A stretch of DNA of 64,000 bases from assembly GCA_963664395.2 (NCBI GenBank), contig OY761159.2, positions 960,001 to 1,024,000 on the forward strand. The letters are read 5' to 3'. This document shows positions 59,801 through 64,000 of the stretch, one piece after another. Position numbers and translations under genes: made by a program. Source of the DNA: Candidatus Binatia bacterium. GTDB taxonomy: Bacteria; Desulfobacterota; Binatia; Bin18. Numbering within the stretch: position 1 is the stretch's first letter; each line of letters starts with the position of its first letter. The notes under the pieces are model-generated. The model saw nothing but the letters and a program-made list of their open reading frames with translations. It was not told the origin of the DNA and made no database searches.

Positions 59801-60920
59801 TAAAGCGCGGCATCACTTTCGTGGCGAAGAGTTCGAAGCTGCGCAGAATGGTATCACGCGGCAGGAGCCCATCGCCTAACAGGAAAAACATTTCGTCCGT
59901 CCCGATTTTCTGGGCCAGCTCGATTTTGCGCGACACGCTGTCCGGGTCCCCGATCAACGGCTCGGCAACACCTAGTCCGAACGGAATGCCCCACTTTTCC
60001 CAGAACCAGCGGGTGTCCGCCATGATCTGGGGCGTTTCCGAGGGGTTCTCCGTGAGTACGAGTTGGCCGCCTAAGGCCAATTCGGTGCCAGGTTTCACCG
60101 TCCGCCCCGCCTTTTCCGCCTCTTCCCGATAGACACCTTGGAGGCGGGCACATAACTCCTCGTGCAGGAGAATAATAATCGGTTTGCCGCCTTCTCTACC
60201 CCAATAGCGAATGGATTCCGTATTATGGGTAAAGCCAGCATACAGCGGAGGGTGAGGATTCTGGTACGGACGTGGCGCAATGCCAATCTCTTCGATGCTC
60301 ATATCGTCCTTCACCCCAGCGCCAAACTGTGTATACGCTTCCATGGGATGCGGATTTTTTGCGCCCTCGGGTGGGAACTGCCAGAACTCGCCTTTATGTG
60401 AAAACGTGTCGTTGCTCCAGGCTTTCTTGATGACCGCGACCGATTCTTCAAACGCTCTACGGTTTTTGAGATCGGACTCTTGTTTCTTATTCCAATGGCC
60501 GACGGCTTCGACGCCGGGCAGGCTGCCGTAGTTCTGGACCCAACGGGCTTGGTAGCCGCGCACAAAAGCGACATTCAGGCGGCCCTCCAGCATATGATCC
60601 AGCATGGCCACATCTTCGGCTACGCGCAGGGGGTTGTGGGTGCTGAGGACGTAGCCAAGGATGTCCACTTTGAGGCGCTTTGAGTTTTGTCCAATAAACA
60701 TGCTCAGCAAACCGGGGCTGCCGGTGGCTTCCATACCCTCAATCTGAAGGTGATGCTCGGGGTGTCCGAAGCCTTCAAAGCCAGATTCGTCACAGACCGT
60801 GACGTACTCTTTGAGATCTTTAAGCATGCGCTGGTAGAGCTCGGGCCGCTTACCCGCCATGCCGCCTTCGAGCTCTTTTCGGGTTCCCACCGTACAATAG
60901 GCAATCGCGTGAAATTTCAT
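59796..60920 (-). CDS. LLM class flavin-dependent oxidoreductase
   Basis: GFGHPEHHLQIEG...HNPLRVAEDVAMLDHMLEGRLNVAFVRGYQ...FATKVMPRF. Confidence 0.88.
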   Translation of the reverse strand: MKFHAIAYCTVGTRKELEGGMAGKRPELYQRMLKDLKEYVTVCDESGFEGFGHPEHHLQIEGMEATGSPGLLSMFIGQNSKRLKVDILGYVLSTHNPLRVAEDVAMLDHMLEGRLNVAFVRGYQARWVQNYGSLPGVEAVGHWNKKQESDLKNRRAFEESVAVIKKAWSNDTFSHKGEFWQFPPEGAKNPHPMEAYTQFGAGVKDDMSIEEIGIAPRPYQNPHPPLYAGFTHNTESIRYWGREGGKPIIILLHEELCARLQGVYREEAEKAGRTVKPGTELALGGQLVLTENPSETPQIMADTRWFWEKWGIPFGLGVAEPLIGDPDSVSRKIELAQKIGTDEMFFLLGDGLLPRDTILRSFELFATKVMPRFT

Positions 60921-60954
60921 AGCGTTTTTACTGTAGCCTTTCGTGTCTTCATCT

Positions 60955-61803
60955 TTACGCCGGCACAGCACCCTTGAGCAGAATGCGCTGATGGATACGA
61001 CGTTGGCCTGGAGGAAAGTCCATATTGACCGAATGCGTCACACTGCGGTTGTCCCACATGAGCACGTCGCCGACCCGCCAGGCATGATGATACTGATATT
61101 GTGGCTGCGTCATGTGGGCATGGACGTGATCGAGCAGGGCGTCACTTTCTTCCCGTTTCATATCCGGGATGCGGTCAGTCCGGTTTGAGTTGAAATAGAG
61201 CGCTTTTCCCCCCGTCTCGTCATGCGTGCGAATCAGGGGATGAACGACATCCGGCGTTTCGGCCGCTTCTTCCCTGGTGCGCTGAACCGCCCGGGCCGGG
61301 GCGCGCAGGGTGTCATAGCTGTGAATGGCCCGCAGTCCGTCGAGGCGGGCTTTCATGTCTTCAGATAAATCTTCGTAGGCCGCGCGCGCATTGCAAAAAC
61401 GGGTTTCTCCTCCCTGTTCGGGGATTTCCAATGCCTGCAAGAGCGTCACTTTTGCCGGAACCGCAAAATACGAGTCGTCCGTATGCCAACCCGAGCGCCG
61501 GTCGAAGAGCAAGTCCGCTGGTTTGTCTTCCGCTTTTTTATACGTACTGTTAAAGACTGAGACTTCCGGGGCCGCCTCAATACGCATATTACGCAGCAGT
61601 TGCACCTGCGGCTCTCCAAAATAGCGGCTGACTTGGGCAAAGGTCGTGGGTGCCAGCGGCTGTGTCCGTAAGCACAGCAGGTGATACCTCAAAAAGGCAG
61701 CTTTGAGTGCCGCTACGGTCGTGGCGCTGACCGGCTGTGTCCAATCGACACCTGAAACCTCGGCACCGAGGGCATCACTTAATGGAGTAATCTGAAGCGT
61801 CAT
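60955..61803 (-). CDS. TauD/TfdA family 2-oxoglutarate-dependent dioxygenase
   Basis: LGAEVSGVD...WHTD (HxD)...GGETRF...VVHPLIRTH...WDNRSVTH. Confidence 0.92.
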   Translation of the reverse strand: MTLQITPLSDALGAEVSGVDWTQPVSATTVAALKAAFLRYHLLCLRTQPLAPTTFAQVSRYFGEPQVQLLRNMRIEAAPEVSVFNSTYKKAEDKPADLLFDRRSGWHTDDSYFAVPAKVTLLQALEIPEQGGETRFCNARAAYEDLSEDMKARLDGLRAIHSYDTLRAPARAVQRTREEAAETPDVVHPLIRTHDETGGKALYFNSNRTDRIPDMKREESDALLDHVHAHMTQPQYQYHHAWRVGDVLMWDNRSVTHSVNMDFPPGQRRIHQRILLKGAVPA

Positions 61804-61904
61804 AACTATTCCTTCCACATCGCTGGACCCATTCCAGTGGGCCCATCTCACGAGTCAGTTTTATCTTTCTCTTTATGCCAGGCAGGTGAGAAGAAAATCA
61901 AGCA

Positions 61905-62684
61905 TCAGAAATGTGCCAGATAGCCACCGTCAACCGCAAGAACTTGTCCAGTGATGTACGAGGCCGCTGGCGATGCCAGGAAAACTGCCGCGCCCGCGAT
62001 TTCCGACGGCTCGCCCCAACGCCCGAGAGAAGTCCGACGTTTCAGCATGTTGGCAATTTTCCGGTCCGCGACAAGGGCCGTGTTTGTCTCTGTGGCAAAA
62101 AATCCCGGCGCGATGGCGTTGACGGTAATGCCGAATGGCCCCAGTTCAGCCGCCAAGGCCCGCGTCAGCGCTTCGAGACCACCCTTGGTCGCGGTATAGG
62201 CGGCATCCCCACTATTGGCAATCGGGCCGGCGATTGAGGTGATATTAATAATGCGCCCACCACCCTGTTCGATCATCAGGCGGCCGGCTTCCCGGCTCAC
62301 ATTGAACGGCGCAAGCAGGTTCACGGCGATCATCTGGCGGACCGCGTCCAGCTCGAAGTCAAAGAGTTTGCGACGATCGCGCCGGCCAACGTTGTTCACC
62401 AGAATATCGAGCCGACCGTAGGTAGCTCGAATGTGTTGGAAGGCGGCAGACACGGCCCCTTCGTCGGCAATATCGCATACCAGCGCCTCGGCCCGGCCAT
62501 CCTCAGCGGTAATGGCGGCCAACGCCGGCTCAATCCGGTCCCGACTGCGGCCGTTGACCAACACCTGGGCGCCATGCCGCCCAAAGGCCCGGCCGATTTC
62601 CAGGCCCAACCCACGTCCCCCGCCGGTAATCAGCGCGATTTTTCCCTCAAGCGAAAAGGCGGCTGGTGTCACGACCGTCGGCAT
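61905..62684 (-). CDS. SDR oxidoreductase (gluconate 5-dehydrogenase-like)
   Basis: TGGGRGLG...NNVG...YTATKGG...NAIAPGFFATETN. Confidence 0.9.
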   Translation of the reverse strand: MPTVVTPAAFSLEGKIALITGGGRGLGLEIGRAFGRHGAQVLVNGRSRDRIEPALAAITAEDGRAEALVCDIADEGAVSAAFQHIRATYGRLDILVNNVGRRDRRKLFDFELDAVRQMIAVNLLAPFNVSREAGRLMIEQGGGRIINITSIAGPIANSGDAAYTATKGGLEALTRALAAELGPFGITVNAIAPGFFATETNTALVADRKIANMLKRRTSLGRWGEPSEIAGAAVFLASPAASYITGQVLAVDGGYLAHF

Positions 62685-63517
62685 CAGGCGCTGTGATCGC
62701 AGCCCCACTCGATGCCATTGCGGAGCAGTTGTTCAAACGGCTGGGTATCCCATGAGCCGCGAAAAACCTGAGGCGTTGTGCTCCCAGCATCGACACTCGT
62801 ATCGACAAACGGCTGCATATTGCTAGTCGTTGAGTGGCAGTGCCCCAGCGCAATATAGGCGACCCCTCCCCGGCCTAAGGCGCGGGAAAAACCCAGCACC
62901 CGAGTTTTTCCATCCGCTTGCAGGGCAGTGTCCTCATCGTACACAAAGCCAAAGCCCGGAGGGGACGGGTCTTTTGCCAGCTCAGTGGTCAACAGGATAT
63001 CTGAAGCCGCCGGCTCCTGGAGTTCAATCAGATACAACTCGTCCATGACCTCAAACGAGGCGGGCAGGCCCTTGGTCAGGATATGCTGCTGATTGACCAC
63101 ATCAACCCGGAACTTGCGTAGCGGCGGATGGTTCAGAAAGAAGCCTCCCAGGGTCTTATGATGGTCGGCCTTGACCATCTTGCGTACGCGCCGATCATCG
63201 CCGACCGGCGCAGCCTTTCCGCCACTCGTGCCGTGCAGCCCCAGCCAACGACCGCCGTCTTCGAGCCATTTTCGGAGGAAGCTATTCTGTGCTTCGTTGG
63301 GGAAAGGACCGGCGACATAGGTCATCAGCAATTGACACCCAGGCAGCCATTTGTCTATGTCCGTGAAGTCCCCGCTGACTGATGTCGTGACATGTGGCTG
63401 ATCTTGTAAAAGCTGAAGAATCCGCAGCCGGGCATAGTCCATATCGTGTCCGGCTGGAGAGCCAACCGGGAATCCGCCAGCAATCACGTGTACGCGAATG
63501 GGTTGAGGATTACTCAT
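62684..63517 (-). CDS. ThuA (trehalose utilisation-like) domain protein
   Basis: HDMDYARLRIL...GGRWLGLHGT...FLNHPP...DELY...GGVAYIALGHCH...RNGIEWG. Confidence 0.8.
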   Translation of the reverse strand: MSNPQPIRVHVIAGGFPVGSPAGHDMDYARLRILQLLQDQPHVTTSVSGDFTDIDKWLPGCQLLMTYVAGPFPNEAQNSFLRKWLEDGGRWLGLHGTSGGKAAPVGDDRRVRKMVKADHHKTLGGFFLNHPPLRKFRVDVVNQQHILTKGLPASFEVMDELYLIELQEPAASDILLTTELAKDPSPPGFGFVYDEDTALQADGKTRVLGFSRALGRGGVAYIALGHCHSTTSNMQPFVDTSVDAGSTTPQVFRGSWDTQPFEQLLRNGIEWGCDHSA

Positions 63518-63717
63518 AATACTATCTCCTTTTTCCTGGTTTTGCCATTCCAATCCTCCTGGTAGTCGTCACCCTACCAAACCTTTTGTCAGGCCACTAC
63601 CGAACACAGCCCCTCTTTTGACAGCGAGGAAAAACCCATACTATTTCGGCGGCCGGAGAAGCGCCACACTTCCCTCGTCCAAAAGAAACGGAGAAATAGA
63701 GGAATACGAGGAGCACA

Positions 63718-64000
63718 ATGTCAACGCAAGCCATTGAGACTACCCGCTTTCTTTCTCACAACGCCGTGCGGACAATCGCGCACCAGTTCGGGACACCGGT
63801 GTATGTCTACGACGAGGCGCGACTCACGCAGGCGGCCCAAGAGGTTTTGCACTTTCCAAACGCCTTCGGCCTGACCGCGCGCTACGCCATGAAAGCCCTG
63901 CCCAACGGCAATATCTTACGTTTGTTTGACCGCCTGGGCCTCCACTTTGACGCCAGCTCCGGTTTTGAGGTCGAACGGGCGATGAAAGCCGGCATTGCCG
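63718..64000 (+). CDS. lysA: Diaminopimelate decarboxylase (partial, runs off window end)
   Basis: Manual translation gives ...[11 protein letters not shown]...[10 protein letters not shown] (PLP Lys)...[13 protein letters not shown]; GAGGAG RBS. Confidence 0.88.
   Translation, partial: MSTQAIETTRFLSHNAVRTIAHQFGTPVYVYDEARLTQAAQEVLHFPNAFGLTARYAMKALPNGNILRLFDRLGLHFDASSGFEVERAMKAGIA

Noticed and set aside
63554-63717. Lysine riboswitch upstream of lysA
   Set aside because: The region is short, shared with a divergent gene and shows no recognisable L-box elements.

Overview
GC-rich bacterial chromosomal window dominated by catabolic and redox enzyme genes. It has seven luciferase-like (LLM) monooxygenase-family genes (several F420-type, one truncated), four Amidohydro_2 proteins, SDRs, aldo/keto reductases, alpha/beta hydrolases, two tandem SfnB-type oxidoreductases, a Rieske oxygenase and TauD, plus hisI, argC and a partial lysA. 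This repertoire and a large cadherin-repeat surface protein suggest a sponge-associated Binatia/Tectomicrobia-like symbiont (inference only). The most notable items are: (1) four minus-strand toxin-antitoxin(-like) modules whose upstream end is truncated by, fused to or abutted by a foreign gene (an HNH+DGQH nuclease, a HEPN RNase fused in-frame to a PIN antitoxin tail, and a J-domain/glycine-zipper protein); (2) an AhpD-like CxxU selenoprotein with a clear SECIS-like hairpin, split in two by the ORF track; (3) a ~4.9 kb broken surface-protein gene with an SRCR-like peptide, cadherin-like repeats and a duplicated unknown C-terminal domain; (4) a RAYT transposase flanked by REPs; (5) an unannotated 28-aa membrane peptide; (6) several genes with apparent internal deletions. 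No rRNA, tRNA or CRISPR array was seen.
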